From Flectonema sp. DT1601 (Eukaryota), in assembly GCA_964019425.1 (NCBI GenBank), contig OZ025789.1, positions 124,001 through 188,000 on the forward strand: 64,000 nucleotides of DNA. Reading direction: 5' to 3'. Position numbers and translations under genes: made by a program. The number at the start of each line of letters is the position of its first letter. Within the stretch, counting starts at the first letter, position 1. The notes beneath the pieces are model-generated. The model worked only from the letters and a program-made list of their open reading frames with translations. It searched no databases and was not told the DNA's origin. Below are positions 12,201 to 27,200 of the stretch, piece by piece.

Positions 12201-15200
12201 CCAGAAGCACTCCGGGTTGCTGTTGCATGCGCAGTGCACCTCATCCGTGTTCGTCAAGTCCTTTGCGTAGTCTCCACACTTCTTGTCCGAACACGTCGAG
12301 AAGTCCCAGTGGCAAGCCGGTTCGTTGTTGCAGCTAACCGATTCCCCATACTGCGAGCAGAACTTCTCCTTGCACTTTCCAGGCGCCACCGCCGAGTCCC
12401 ACTCGCACACCAAGTCTTCGTGGCAAGACACCTCGTCCGCGTACCCGACGCAAGGCTTCTCCTGACACTCATTGCTCGTCGTGTTCATCTCGCACCACTG
12501 CTTGTTGCTCTCATCTTCCACGCAGCACGTCGAGTTCCCCCCGCACGACACGCACCTTTTCGGCTTGCAGATCAATCCGTGCTTGTCCCACTCGCAGATC
12601 TCCTTCTCGGTCGAACACCCGTCCTCCGTCTTCAGTGTCTTGCACGGCTCCAGGCTGCAGGTCAACAGCAGCGAGTCGTAAACGCATCCCTCAGGGTCCG
12701 CGAGACACGCGTCCTCGTCGGCGTGCACGCAAGGCTTCTCCGCGCACGTGTTGTTCCTCCAAGCACACTCGTCGTCCTGCGCGCAAGACCTCTCGTCAGG
12801 GTGAGCGCACAGCTTCGACTTCCAGCACACGCTCTCCGTCCCGTTCCACTCGCAGTGGTTTTCCTTGTCGTCAGTGCATGGACCGTCGTCACAGTGTTGG
12901 AAGCAAGGGGTGTTTCCACACACCTGCGCCGAGTCTCCCCACGCGCATCCCTTCTCCTGGTTACACGTTCCCTTCGATGGGAACTGCTCGCAAGGAACCG
13001 CCCCCGCTGGAAGCCCGATGCTTCCGCTTCCTCCACCGGCCACGTACCTTCCCCACTTGCTCGCAGGGTCGCAAAGTCCCGTCAGCACCTCGGTCGGCAC
13101 CTCGTCCAGCATCAAGCTCAGAAAGTGCTCGTCAGCAGGTGCAGACACCACAGGCTTCAGCGCCGCCTCCGCGTCGATGTCTCCCTGCGTCCTCGCCGAG
13201 AATCGGCGCACCGCGATACCAAACACCAACACCTGCTGCTGCTTCAGGGTGCTCCGCACTCCCGAAAGCTTGTCTCCGTCCATCAGCACCCCGTCCGTGA
13301 TGATGATGATGATCTTTCGCCGTCCATCCACCGGTGAATCCTGTGCGAACATGTTCGACGCCATGACGAGACCCTCCTCGATGAAGGTCAGCTGCTTCAT
13401 GTAATTGTCCTCGTGCCACTCGATGTCAGCCTGCAGCTGCGCCAGGTCCCCGCTCAGACGACCGTTTGCACCCACGCCTGGCGGCGTGCGCTGCGCCGAG
13501 TTCACTACTCCCCCAGTCGGCCCCGTGCTTCCAGCCAACCCACTGAACTGCACCAGCCCGACACGCACTCCCCCGCTAGGCACCGAGTTCGAACCGACCG
13601 CTGAATCCTCTCCGCTGAGCGGCAGCGTCTTCACCCAGTCGCGGATCATCTCCATCATCGCGTAGAACCCGTGTGGGTGTCGCCCGAAGCTCTGGCTCAT
13701 CGAACCAGAACCGTCAAGCACCAGCGCCACATCGAGCGTCGGGCACTTCCCGTAAGCCTGTTCCTCGCACCTTCCACGTCCACCGGTGTTGCTCCAGAAG
13801 CAGCTCGGGTCCTGCTGACATCCGCACCTCTCAGGGATCTTGTGGCAAGTCTTCTCTACGCACAAGTCCTTCTCCCACAGACATCCCGAGTCCGCCTCAC
13901 ACATCGCCTGCTCGGGGTACTTCGCACACCGCTCGAGCTGACAGCTTCCCGGAGAGGTGCTGGTGTCCCAGTGGCACCGGCGGTCAGCGTCGCACGACTT
14001 GTCTTCGGTGTATTCGACGCAAGGGCGCACCGTGCACGTCAGGTTCGACGTCTGCCAATCGCACAACGCATCAGAGCGGCAATCCACCTCCGCCGTGTAC
14101 ACGCACTTCTTCTGTACGCAAGTCTTGTCCCCGGTCCACATGCAGCTCTTCTCCGTGTCTGACTCGCATTCCTGTCGCGCCTCGTGGTTCACGCAAGGCA
14201 TCAACACACAGGTCGTCGGGTCCTTCCACATGCACACCGCCTCAGTGTCCGCCAGACAGCTGTCCTCGGTCTTGTGATGGCACCTCTTCTCCCCGCAGTC
14301 GGTCGCCGTCGCGTTCCATTCGCATCCTTCCTCCGACTCACATGTCACCACGTTGTCCCCTCCGCACACCTCCTTGCGGTAGCAAGTCTTCTCCAACTCG
14401 TTCCACCCTCCCACGCATCCGTTGGTTACATCCCCATCGCACATCGCCTCCGAACAGTGCACCACGCAAGGCGAGTTCACGCATCCCAGCAGGGTCTCCG
14501 ACCATACGCATCCGCGGTCCGACATGCAGCTTGTCTTTCCTTCGTACTTCCTGCACGGCTGGTGTTGCCCCCCGACAGGCTGCATCGCGAGTCCGCTTCC
14601 CCAACCGGTCGCCGGGTCGCACATCTTCGTCAGCGGACCGTTCACATCTGCCAACTCGTCCATGTCGACGTTCACGAAGTGATCTGCGTGTGGGTCCGAC
14701 GTGATCGGCTTCAGCGTCTCCTCCGCGTCCGCATCCAGCTGCGTGTGAGTCGCGAACCGACGAACCACGATCCCGAACACTTCGACCTGCTGAGAGCTCA
14801 ACTTTGCCTGCGCAGACGCCAGCAGGTTCTTGTCCTGGATCGCCCCGTCAGTGATGATGAAGAGAGCGCGTCTCCTCCCGTCAAGAGGCGAGTCCTGGAA
14901 GATTCCGGCTGCCATGTCGAGACCCGCCCGGATGTACGTTCCCTGCGCCATGTAGTTCGCCTCGTGCCACGAAAGGTCCGCCAACAGCTCGCCTGCGTCG
15001 CCCGACAGCCTTCCGGCCGTTCCCGTGTTGCTCGGGGTCTTCAGAGCCGATCCCGGGATCGGTCCTGTTACTGGCGACCCGCTGTCCTGTGGAACTCCGC
15101 TGAACTGGATGAACGCCACGCGCGTCTTCCGGTTCACCGTCGAAGGCGTTCCCGCCGCCTCACCGCTAAGCGGAAGCCCCTGCACCCAGCTCTTCAGCAT

Positions 15201-18200
15201 CTCAACCTCCGCAAAGTACCCGTGTGGGTGGCGTCCGAAGGCATTGCTCATCGATCCAGATCCATCGAACAGCACCACGAGGTCCAGCGTCGGGCACGTC
15301 CCGTACCGGGTGTCAACGCAAGCCTGCTCCGACGGAATCCAGAAGCAGTCTGGGTCGTTGTGGCACTCACAAGGGTCCGAAGACAGCTTGTCGCAGACCT
15401 TCGTCACGCACGAGTTCCCCTCCGTCATGCACTTCGCGTCCGCCTTGCAGGTCGCCTGGTTGCAACCCCTCTTCGTGCAGTGTCTTCTGCAGTACTTCTC
15501 GTTACACGTACCCGGCGCAATCGAGGTGTCCCACTCGCAAATCACGTCCCCGTTGCACTCCTTCTCGCTCGAGTACTGCTTGCAAGGGGCTGTTTCGCAC
15601 AGCGAATTTCCGCCGATCTGCTTCACCCACTCACACAACCCTGCCGCCGGCTTCGTCAAGCAGTCTCCCTTCTCCGTGTACGGACTGCACTTCTTCAGCT
15701 CGCAGTAGTCGGCGTCCAAGTTCCACGTGCAATTTAAGTCCTGCTCACACGTCGCTACCGCGTCGTACGTGCACGGCCTCTTTCCGCACGTCTGCGCGAG
15801 GTTGTTCCACTCACAAGGGTCCGGATCGGCTAAGCATCCCTGCTCGTTGTCGTGTTCGCACTTCTTACCGATGCAAGTCTTTCCATCATCCGCAACCTCG
15901 CACTTCTCGTCCTGCAGACACCGCGCAGCCGTCGGATGCTTGCAAACTTCCTCCTTCACGCACCCTCCGGATTTCCACTGACACTGGTTCGGCCAGTCCG
16001 CCGTGCAGTTGTCCTGCTTGCAGTGCTTCAGGCACGGCGAGTCTCCGCAAGACAACGTCTCATCGAACCACACGCAGTGGGACTGCTTGTTGCACGGATC
16101 CTTCTCCGCCACCGTCGGGCAAGGGAGCACCTCCTCCGAAACGTCCGCGACATAGCGTCCCCACACGTGTTGCGGCTCGCAGATCCCGTTCAGCGCCGTC
16201 GCCAATTCGTCCACCAGAATGTTCTGGAAGTGCGCGCTCGCCGGCGAGCTCACGATCTGCTTCAGGGTTTCCTCCGCCCTCAGGTCGATTGCCGTGCGCG
16301 TCCCGAACGGCCGGATCACCGCCCCGAAGATCCTAACCTGCGCCTGGTCGAGTTCCGACATCGCCTGACCGTAAGCATCCTTGTCGTGCAGTTCCCCGTC
16401 CGACACGATGATGAGCACCCGCCTCCTTCCGTCAACGGGGGAGGCCCGGAACAGGCTCACCGCCTTCTCGAGCCCGGCGAGCAGGTAGGTCTGCTGCGTA
16501 GTTGGCTGCGTCACCAAGCTTCCCCCGAGGAACGCCCCCATGTGGTACTCCGCATCCGCGCGCACCTCCGACAGGGAACCGGTCAGGTGACCTCCACTAC
16601 CCGTTCCAGGTGGCGAGAACGTCGCCTGCCTTGGGTCATCCGAAGTCCACTTGCTGCTTCCGGCGAACTGCACCAAAGCCAACCGGATCGCCTTCGTATT
16701 CGCCACCGACGGCTGTCCAGCCGCCTCCTTGCTCAGAGGAAGCGTTGCCGCCCAGTCCTTCACCACCTCAACCAACGCGTAGAACCCGTTCGGGTGCCGT
16801 CCGAACGCCCGGCTCATCGACGCCCCTCCGTCGAGGAGGAGCACGATGTCCAGGGTCGGGCAGGTACCGTAACGCTGGAACGTGCAGTGTGAGCTGACCG
16901 CCGTCGAACTGAAGAAGCAGTCCGCGTCTCCCTCGCACTGGCACTTGTCCATCACTCCGCAATCCTTCTCCACGCAAGTCAACTTCGCGTCCGACCACAT
17001 GCACTCGTCCTCTCCCTTGCACCCGTTCTGGTCGAACTTCCTGCACGGCAGCTGCGCACACAACGCAGGCGACTGCTGCACGTCCCAGTGGCACCCGTCC
17101 ACCGCGTTGCAGCACTGCTCCCCGGCATACTCAGAGCAAACCTTCGCCGAACAGCTTCCGTTCCATTGGCACCGCGAGTCCGCCGTGCACGCGGCATCGG
17201 ACCCCGCCCCTTCGCACGGCTTCACAACACACTCCTCATCAGGGCAGCTGTTGTCCCACTTGCATCCCGAGTCCGCCCCGCAGGTCGTCGAGTCCGGGTA
17301 CTGGCAAGGAGTCAACACGCACTCCTGGCTTCCCGTCTGCCACGTGCACTCGAACTCCGTGTCAGCCAAGCAGCTGTTCTCGTCAGGGTGCAGACAAGGC
17401 TTCTCCCCACACTCTCCACCCGTTCCCGCGGTCACGTTCCACGCGCACATCGCATCTTGGTTGCATGCCTGCGGGGTTGTGTGCGGGCAGATCTCCTTCT
17501 TGTAACAAACCTGCTCCTGCAAGTTCCACTCGCAGTGGTTCCCCTGATCTCTGTTACATTCCGACTCCTCACAGTGACGGATGCAAGGTGTGTCCACGCA
17601 CGCAGTCAGCACCTCCTGATACAGGCATCCCGGGTCGCTGTCGCACTTCGTCTTGTCCACGTAATTCCTGCAAGGTTTGTGCACTCCTGCCTGACTCTGA
17701 GGGTCGACTACGTACTTGCCCCACAGGCTGTTGGGGTCGCACAGTCCGTCAAGCGCGTCAGGGATCTCGCTGAGCACGAGGTTCAGGTAGTGGTCCACGT
17801 GTGGCTCCGATGTGATCGGTCTCAGCGAATTCTCCGCGTCGAGGTCGACCGGCGTGTGGGCGAGGAACCTCCTCACCACCACCCCGAAGGTCACCACCCC
17901 GGCGTTCTCGAGCCTTCCACGTGCGTCTTTCAGCCTATCAACATCCTTGATCTCCCCGTCCGTGAAGACCAACAGCACCTTCTTCCTCAAACTACCCGGG
18001 GATTCCTTGAACATGTCCGCCGCGGTGTCCAGCGCCGAGGCTATGAAGGTTCCGCCATGCATGTAGTTCGTCTCCTGCCACTCCAGCTCCGCGTCAAGCT
18101 CGGTCCTCAAACCCGTCAACCTTCCGCTCGCCCCAATCTGCGCCGGAGTCGTTTGCGCTCCGTCCACGTTTCCATTCGGCAGCTTGTTCGTTGGGATTCC

Positions 18201-21200
18201 ACCGAACTGGACAAATCCGACACGCGCCTTCCCGTCGAGCAACGGAGAGCCTCCGGCAGGCACCCCGCTCAACGACAGCGACTGAACCCATGTCTTCAGC
18301 ATCTCCATCAGTCCGTAGAATCCGTGAGGGTGCACTCCGAAGCTCTTGCTCATCGATCCGGAACCGTCAACCACCAGCACGATGTCCAGCGTCGGGCACT
18401 CTCCAAACTTCGACGTCTTGCAGGTTCCCTTGTCCCAGTAGCAGTCCCCATCCTTGCGACACCTGCACACCTCGAACTCCCCGCAGTTCTTCTCGACGCA
18501 AGTATTGTTCAGCCACATGCACTCTCCGTCCTGGTCACACGCCCCCGGTTCACCGTATCTCTTGCAGTACTTCACCTCGCAGTCAGTTCCCCAACTGCAC
18601 AGGTCGTCCTTTCCACAAGTCTTTTCATCGGGATGCTCCTTGCACGGCTTGAACGTGCACGCGTTGTTCTTCCACTCGCAGATTCCTCCGTCCTTCTCCT
18701 CGCACTCCACCTGCTGACCCCAGCGGCACTTGATCGTTTCGCACAGGTCTGCGTCCCTATTCCAAGTGCACTCGGTGTCGTTGTTGCAGAACACCGGCTC
18801 GAAGTACACGCAAGGCTGCTTGCTGCAATCCTTTCCGCTTTCGTTCCACACACACGGTCCCTTCGGGTCCGCCAGACATCCCTGCTGGTTGTCGTGGTCG
18901 CAGATCTTTCCGATGCACGTCTTCTTGTCCGCAGGGTCCACCTCGCACTTGTCGTCCTTCTCGCACTCCACCGTGTCCGGGTGGTTGCAGAGCTCCTCCT
19001 TGCGACACGCACCGAGCGTCTGGTTCCACACGCAGTGGTTGTCGGCGTCCGCTGAGGTGCAGTTGTCCTGCTTGCAGTGCGCCAGGCACGGAGAATCTCC
19101 GCAGGACAGCGTCCGGTCGAACCACACACACCCGTCGTCTTTGTTGCAAGGATCCTTGCTCGCGTACAATGTGCATGCCACCCCGTCGCTCGTATCCGCG
19201 ATGAACTTGCCCCATGCGTGGTTCGGATCGCACAGACCCTTCAGCGCCGAGGCCACCTCATCGACCTGCAGGCTCTGCAGGTGCTGGTCCTTCGGGTCCG
19301 ACAACGCTCCCGACAACGTCTGCTGCGTCTTCACATCGTCGGTTGACACCGTGCTGAACGGCCTCAACGCGATCCCGAACACGTGAACCTGCGCCTGGTC
19401 GAGCGCCGCCCTTGCCGCCGTGTACGAGTCCTTGTCGTTCAGCTCCCCGTCTGCCACGATGATCAGAACCCTCTTCCTTCCGTCAAACGGCGACGTCTGG
19501 AACAAGCTTACCGCCTTCTGAAGACCCCCCAGCAAGTACGTCTGCTTCAGGTCCGGCTGGGCCGCCGCACTTTCCCCCATGAAGTTCCCCTCGTGGAAAT
19601 CGGCATCCGCCTCCACCTCGCTCAGCACTCCGCTCAATCTCCCACCGCTTCCCGTCCCCGGCGGCGATGACAGCGCCTGCTTTTCGTCGCTCGAAGGCCA
19701 CTGGCTGCTTCCCGCGAACTGCACCATCGCCAACCGCATCGCCTTCGTCTGCGGCATGCTCGTCGTCCCGGCAGCCTCCCCACTCAGCGGCAGGGTCGCC
19801 GCCCAGTCCCGCACCACTTCCACCAACGCGTAGAACCCGTTCGGGTGCCGTCCGAACGCCCGGCTCATCGAAGCCCCTCCGTCGATCAGGAGCACCACGT
19901 CAAGCGTCGGACATGTTGCGTACCGCTGGAACGTGCAGTGCGAACCACCGTCCGAGATGCTGAAAAAGCAGTCCGGATCAGCGTCGCACTCACACTTCTC
20001 GAACTCTCCGCAGTCCTTCTCCACGCACTTGTTGTCTTTCCACATGCAATCCCTCTCATCGCTGCACGCAACTTGCTCGCCGAACTTCCTGCATGGGAGC
20101 TCGGCACACACCGCCGGCGCCTGCTGCACGTCCCAGTGGCATCCGTCCTTGTGGTTGCAGCATTTCTCGTCAGGGTACACCGCGCACGCCTTTCTGGAGC
20201 ACGTCAAGCTCTGTTGGCTCCACTGGCACAGCACATCCTTCGAGCACTCCGTTTCGTCCGCGTGCTGGCAAGGGACCCCCACGCAGGTTCCCTCCCCGCA
20301 CGCCTCGTCCCACTCGCAGCCAGCTTCTTGGTTGCAACTCGTCTTGTCAACTTGCGTGCAACGGGTTTCGATGCACGATCCGTTCACAGTGTCCCAAGTA
20401 CAGTCGAAAGTGCTGTCCGCAATGCAACTCGGCTCATCCGGGTGCAGGCAAGGGGTGTCGATGCACTTGTTCCCAGTCGCGTTCCACGAGCACTTGTCGT
20501 TCTGATCGCATGCGTTCGGATCCGAAATCCCTGGACACACCTCCTTGTTGAAGCACTCCAACACCGTCGAGTTCCAATTGCAGTCGCCCGTCGAGTTCGC
20601 ACACTGTTCCTGGGTGCAGTGCTTGACACACGGAGAGTCGAGACACGCGATCAGCACATCAGACCACTTGCATCCCACGTCTGATGAACACGGCACCTTG
20701 TTTCCGTAGTTGGGGCAAGGGCGGTGCACCCCGGCCTGTTGGGCCTGCGTTTGCGCCGCAATCGCCGCCTGGTCAACGATGAGGTGTCCCCATGGACCGT
20801 TCGGGTCACAGATTCCGTTCAACGCCTTGTCCGGAACCTCGTCGATCATCAGGTTCAAGAAGTGGTCGTCGTGTGGGTCCGACGTGATCGGCTTCAGCGA
20901 AGTTTCCGCATCGATGTCATTCTGCGTCAGCTGGTTCGTTCGCCTCACCACGATCCCGAACGTCTGCACATCCATTCCGTCGAGATCGTTCTTCGCCTGC
21001 GCGAGCTTATCGTCGTCCTGGATCTTCCCGTCGGTAATGATGATCAGCACCCTCTTCCTTCCGTCAACAGGCGACGACGACTTGAAGATGCTTCCGGCGC
21101 GCACCAGCGCCTTCTCGATGTACGTTCCAGCCTCGAGGTAGTTTGCCTCGTGCCAGTCAACGTCAGCAGACAGCTCCGCCAAGTCTCCAGTCAACCGCCC

Positions 21201-24200
21201 CCCGGCTCCGACTCCCACAGGCGGAAAGGCCACCGAGTTCACAATATCACCGAACGTGAAGTGCTCAGGGTGTCCGGAAAACTGCACCAGCGCCACACGA
21301 AGCTTCTCGGATCCAGCTCCCGAGTTCGACCCGACAACTGCCTTCTCGCCGCTGAGAGGCAGCGTCTTTACCCAGTCCCGCACCATCTCCATCAGCGCGT
21401 AGAACCCGTGAGGATGGCGTCCGAAGTTCTGGCTCATCGAACCAGAACCGTCGAGGATCATCACCACGTCCAGCGTCGGGCACTCCCCGTAGGTCACCTT
21501 CACGCAAGATCCCTGTTGCGGTTGCGACGCCAACGCCTTCCAGTAGCATTTCTCGTCCTCAACACAGTCGCACTTCTCGAGCTTGTTGCAGTCTTTCTCG
21601 ATACACTTCGTCCGGTCCTTGTCCCACGCGCAGTCGCTGTCAGCTTCGCACGTCGGTTCGTCCCGGAGCTTCGCGCACGGCTTCTCCACGCACATCGCCG
21701 GGGAGATCGACGGGTTCCAGTGGCAGTCCTCAATCCTGTCGCACTGGATCTCGGTCATGTACTCCGTGCATTTCTTCTGTACACACCCCGTCGAGTTGGT
21801 GTTGTTGTTGTTGTCCTTCCACTCGCAGTACGGGTCAGCCACGCAAGGGTCCTTGCGGTCCGCCTTGCATTTCTCTTCCACACACGTTCCGGCGGTAACT
21901 TCAACCCGTCCACTGGCGTCCTTCGGGTCCACGCAAAGCTCCCCAACTCCTCCCCATTCGCAGATGTACCCGTCGATTCGCTGGTGGTCACCTGGGAAGT
22001 CGTTCCACTCGCCCGAAGGCCAGCGGAAGTGCGCGTAGTTCTCTCCCTCGGTAGCACACGATCCCGGACACGCTCCCTTGTAGTTGTTCGGCTCCCCCGC
22101 TTCCCAATTCGTGTACATCGGCTTCCCGGTATTCGCATCTGTCGCCGCGACGAAGCTTCCCCCGCTTCCGCTTCCAATCACCAGACCCACCTGTGATGTC
22201 AGGTCGCATCCGCTTTGGTCGGCGGCGTAGGTACACCCGCCGTCCAATCCCTCCGGTCCGACAACCCATCCCCACCGTCCTTCGTCATTCTTGTCCGCCG
22301 CTCCCATCCATCCCTGGCCCTCGAGCTTCATCTTCGCCACCTGATCTTCCTCCTCCGAGGTGATGGTGATCAGGTACCCGCGGAGTCCCAGGATCATGTT
22401 GTCGGCGGATTCGCACTCTGCCTGCGCCTGTCCCCAGTGGCACTCGCTCGCCGTAGGGTCGACGTTCTGGCATTCCGTCTTCGAGAAATAGTGGTAGTAG
22501 TGTCCAGTCGCTGACGACAGGAACCCGTGACCGTAGTTCCAAGTGATCTTTCTCGGAGATCCGGCGTCCGACGTCGTCGTGAAGGTCACCGTCGCGATCG
22601 CCGCAGCGTACTCGGCCATCGTCTTCGCCGTCGTCGACTTCAAGTACAAGACTCCAGGAACGTCGTGCCACTCTGCCTCGAACCCGAGGCCCGCGCACTG
22701 GTCGCAGGCGAGCACGTCTTTCCCCTTCACGTATCCCTCTTCGACATCAACTGCTGCTCCCTTCACGGTGTCCGAGCAGCTGCACTTCCCCGAAACGGTG
22801 CAGCTCACCGTCGGGAACGGAACCATCGGTTGTCCACGGGCGTACGCCGACACAGTCGAGTTCAAAGGAATCGTCGTCTGCCACACGCATCCATCTTGCG
22901 ACGCGACGCATGGTCCCTCCTCAGTCTCCTTGCAAGGGGTCTCAGTACATTCCTGGTTAAGGTTGTTCCACACGCAGTCATCTGGATCAGCGAGGCATCC
23001 CTGTTCGTTGTCTCGGTTGCACTTCTTGTCCACACATGTTGACCCGTCCTTGTCAACCTGGCAGTCCTTCTGCTTCTTGCAATCCTCTGGCTTTCCAGTG
23101 TAGATCTCGCACCCCGTCTTCGGTTCCCGCACGCAGATCGTTCCGTTTGCCCACATGCACCCGTTCGCGGCATCTGCCGTGCAGTTCTTCTCCTCGCAGT
23201 GGTGCAGACACGGACTGTCACCGCACGAAAGAGAGTTGTCGAACCACACGCATCCAGGGTCCGCCAAGCAACCCGCCTGCCGCAAATGCTGCGGGCAAGG
23301 TTGGTGTACGCCTCCGCTCGCAGGGTTCGCTCCCCCCGATCCCTGTTGGGCCGCCTGTCCAAGAACCAGCGATCCGAAAACGCCGTTCGGGTCACAGATG
23401 TCGCCGAGCACCTTCTCCGGAACCTCATCAATCTGCAGGTTCTGGAAGTGAGCGTCATGCGGGTTCGACGTAATAGGCTTCAGCGTCTCCTCCGCGTCGG
23501 CGTCGTCCCTCGTGTGCTGGGCGCTCCTACGAACAACCACACCGAACACCTTCACCTGCTCGGTGTCGAGCTCGGACCGCGCATGCTGCAGAGCGTTCGG
23601 GTCGAAGATCCGACCATCGGTGATGATGATCAGCACCCTCTGTCTTCCGTCGTTTGGAGACTGGTGGAACATGTCGGCCGACATCTGGAGACCCTTCTGG
23701 ATCATCGTTCCTCTGGAGTAGTAATTCGCCTCGTGCCAGTCAACATCCGCGCTCAGCTCGTCGAAGTCTCCCGACAGCCTCGTCTCGGTTCCGGTTCCTG
23801 GAGGGGTCCCCTTCGCGTCCGCCCGTCCGTTCGATGCGCCACTCCTGTTCTTCCCCGAGAACTGGATCAATCCCACTCGGACCTCGCCCGTGTTGGCAGC
23901 AGAGTTCAGGCCCACGTCTGCCTTCTCACCGTTCAGTGGCAACGTCTTCATCCAGTCGCGGAGCATCTCCATCAGTCCGTAGAATCCATGCGGGTGGCGT
24001 CCGAAGGGCCCGGCCATCGATCCAGACCCATCCAGCAGCAGCACCAGGTCGAGCGTCGGGCACTGACCGAACTTGGTCTCGGTACAGAACGGTGTCGGAG
24101 CAAGTGAGTTCCAGAAGCACTTCGTCTCCGCCAAACAGTCGCAGCGGTCGAGGTCCTTGCAAACCTTGTCAACACACTCGGTCGAGCTGTCGTTGAACGT

Positions 24201-27200
24201 GCACAGCGGGTCGGTGTTGCACGCCGGCTTGTCCTGGTTCATCGTCGCGCAGTGCTTCACGCTGCACTGCGCCGGTGTCAGCGACACGTCCCAGTGGCAA
24301 GACGAGTCCTTGTCACAACATCTTTCGTCCGAGTGGACCGTGCACTGCTTCAGACCACATGCGTTGCTTTTCCACTCGCAATGCTGGTCCGAATTGCAAG
24401 CCTGCTCCGTCAGTGCAGGGGCTCCAGGAGCCGCCGCACAACGCTTCTTGATGCACTGGGCTCCGTCCGTCACACCGTCGCACCCGTCCCACTCGCAGAG
24501 CGCATCGCTGTGGCACGCGCTCGAGTTCGTGTGTTTGCACGGCTTCTCCACGCACATTTGCTGAAGGCCGTCCCACTCGCAACCATTTGGATCGAGGTCG
24601 CATTCCGCCTCCGTCTGCTGGTTGCAGATACGCTCCTCGCAGTCCCCCTTCGTCTGGTTCCAGTCGCACTTCTGGTCCTTTTCGCAAGTCACGTCATCCT
24701 GGTACGAGCACAACGGATTCTTCCAGCATCCCTCGAGACCGGCCACCGATGCGTTCCAGTAGCAGTCGTTTAGCGTATCGGCTGTGCACCGAGTTACGTT
24801 GCAGTGCTCCACGCACGGCGAGTCAACACACTCGAGTCCGATCGAGCTGAACACGCACCCAGCGTCCGCCGTGCACAGCACCTGGTCCACGTACTGCGGG
24901 CACGGCTTGTGCACTCCAGACTGGTTCTGCGCCGCTGCTCCCGACAGCAGCAGGAGGGCTCCCCACTTGCTGTTCGGGTCGCAGAGCCCGTTCAACACCG
25001 TGGTTGGCAGCTCGTCGATCATCAGATTCTCAAAATGGTCGTCGTGAGGATCAGACGTGATCGGCTTCAGCTTCTCCTCCGCGAGGGTGTCCACTGGTGA
25101 ATGTGTTGCCTGCCTACGGAGAACCACTCCGAACACCTCAACGCTCTCCTGGTTCAGAGTCGCCCTCGCTGATGCGAGCTTGTCATCATCCTTGATCGCA
25201 CCGTCGGTGATGATGATCAGCACCCGCTTCCTCCCCGCGGGGCTCGCGCGGAACATGTCCCCGGCCCATCCGAGACCCTGGTTGATGTACGTACCCGCCT
25301 GCAAATAGTTCGCCTCGTGGTAGTCGATGTCTGACTGCAACTCCGTCAGCTTTCCAGTCAACGACCCGAACGAACCGACTCCGATAGGGCTCTTGATCGC
25401 CGCCTTGTCTACAGCCGTTCCGCCGCTGATAGGGATTCCAGAGAACTGGATCACCCCCATGCGCATTCCTCCGTTCGGCGCCGTCGAGTTCGCCCCCACC
25501 TGGTGGCTCTCCCCGGTCAGCGGCAAGGTCTTCACCCAGTCACGAATCATCTCCATCATCGCGTAGAACCCGTTCGGATGGCGTCCGAAGTTCTGCGACA
25601 TCGATCCTGATCCGTCCAGCAACAACACCACGTCGAGCGTAGGGCACTGCCCGTAACGGTTCTCCACACATTTCCCGCTTCCCGAAGACGTGTCCCAGAA
25701 GCACTTCGGCTCCGCCTTGCAGTCGCATCTCTCGAACGGATCGCACACCTTATCAACGCAGCGGTTGGCCCCGTCGTCCCACACGCAGTCGTCCTTCACG
25801 TTGCACGTCGTCGGATCCTTGTTTTTGTTGCAGATCTTCTCCGTGCAGAGCGACGGCGACACGGTCACGTCCCAGTGGCAGACCGGGTCCTTGTCGCACT
25901 CCTTCTCGTTCGGAATTTCGACGCACGGCGCCACCACGCACGGCTCGACATTTCCTCCCACCCACGAGCACTTGGGGTTGGCTTTGCAGTCTGTTTCCGT
26001 GTCGTTCACGCAGGCCTTCTCCACGCACACTCCAGCAACCAAGTCCGTCACTCCCGTCGCGTCGCTCACGTCGGCGCACATCTCACCGATTCCTCCCCAT
26101 TCGCAGATGTACCCGTCGATTCGCTGGTGGTCTCCCGGGTAGTCGTTCCATTCGCCCGAAGGCCACAGGAAGTGTCCGAAGTCCTCACCGTCCTTGACGC
26201 ACGATCCCGGGCACGGTCCGCGGAAGTCATTCGGCTCGTTGTTTGCCCAATTTCCGTACATGTCCCTCCCGGTGTTCGGGTCAACCGCCGGCGCGAAGTT
26301 GCCCCCGGTACCGGAACCGAACGGCAATCCCTTCTCAGAAGCGAGGTTGCATGAGCTGCTGGTACTCGAATACTGACACCCTCCGGCAGCTCCCTCTGGT
26401 CCAGTAACCCAGCTCCATGTTCCTTCCTCGCCAACGTCGCTTGCTCCCATCCATCCCTGACCTTCCAGCTTCATCCTCGCTACCTCGTCTTCCACCTCGC
26501 TCGTGATGGTGATCAAGTACCCGCGGAGTCCCAGAATCTGGTTCGAGTCCGAAGCGCATTGTTCCTGGGCATCGCTCCACGTGCACGCCCCGCCAGCGCA
26601 AGTCGACTTCGGGTAGAAGTGGTAGAAGCTGCCAGTGTGCGACGAGTAGAATCCGTGACCGTAGTTCCAAGTGATCCTCCTCTTCCCGGAGTTGTCTGCA
26701 GAAGTGCTGAACTCGATGCTGGCAACCGCCTTCGCCAACTCATCCGCCGTTCCGGTCGAAATCGTCAGCATCCCGCTCACCGCGTGCCACTCGGCCGTCA
26801 GCCCCAGCGACTTGCAAGCAACACAAGTCAGCGTGTCCTTCCCGCTCAGATATCCGTCCTCGATGTCTACCGTCGCTCCCGGAAGCACATTCGAACCAAT
26901 CGTCGTCGTGCAGCTGCACCCGTTCTTCCAGCTCCCAGGGGTCTGGCAGGTCAGTCCCTCGAACGGCTTCACCGCAACGTCCTTCTCATACGTCATTTGA
27001 TTCGCGAGGTTCCCAACTGCCCCAGAGCCACTCGACCAGTCACACATCGGGTCCGCCGCGCAGTCAGACTGCTTATCGTGAAGGCACGGCTTCCTCGAGC
27101 ACCCAGGCGTCGGGAGATCCTTCCACTCGCATCCCTCAGGGTCCGACAAACACGTCTGCTCGTTGTCGTGCTTGCACGGGTCGTTGGTGCACTCTGCGGC

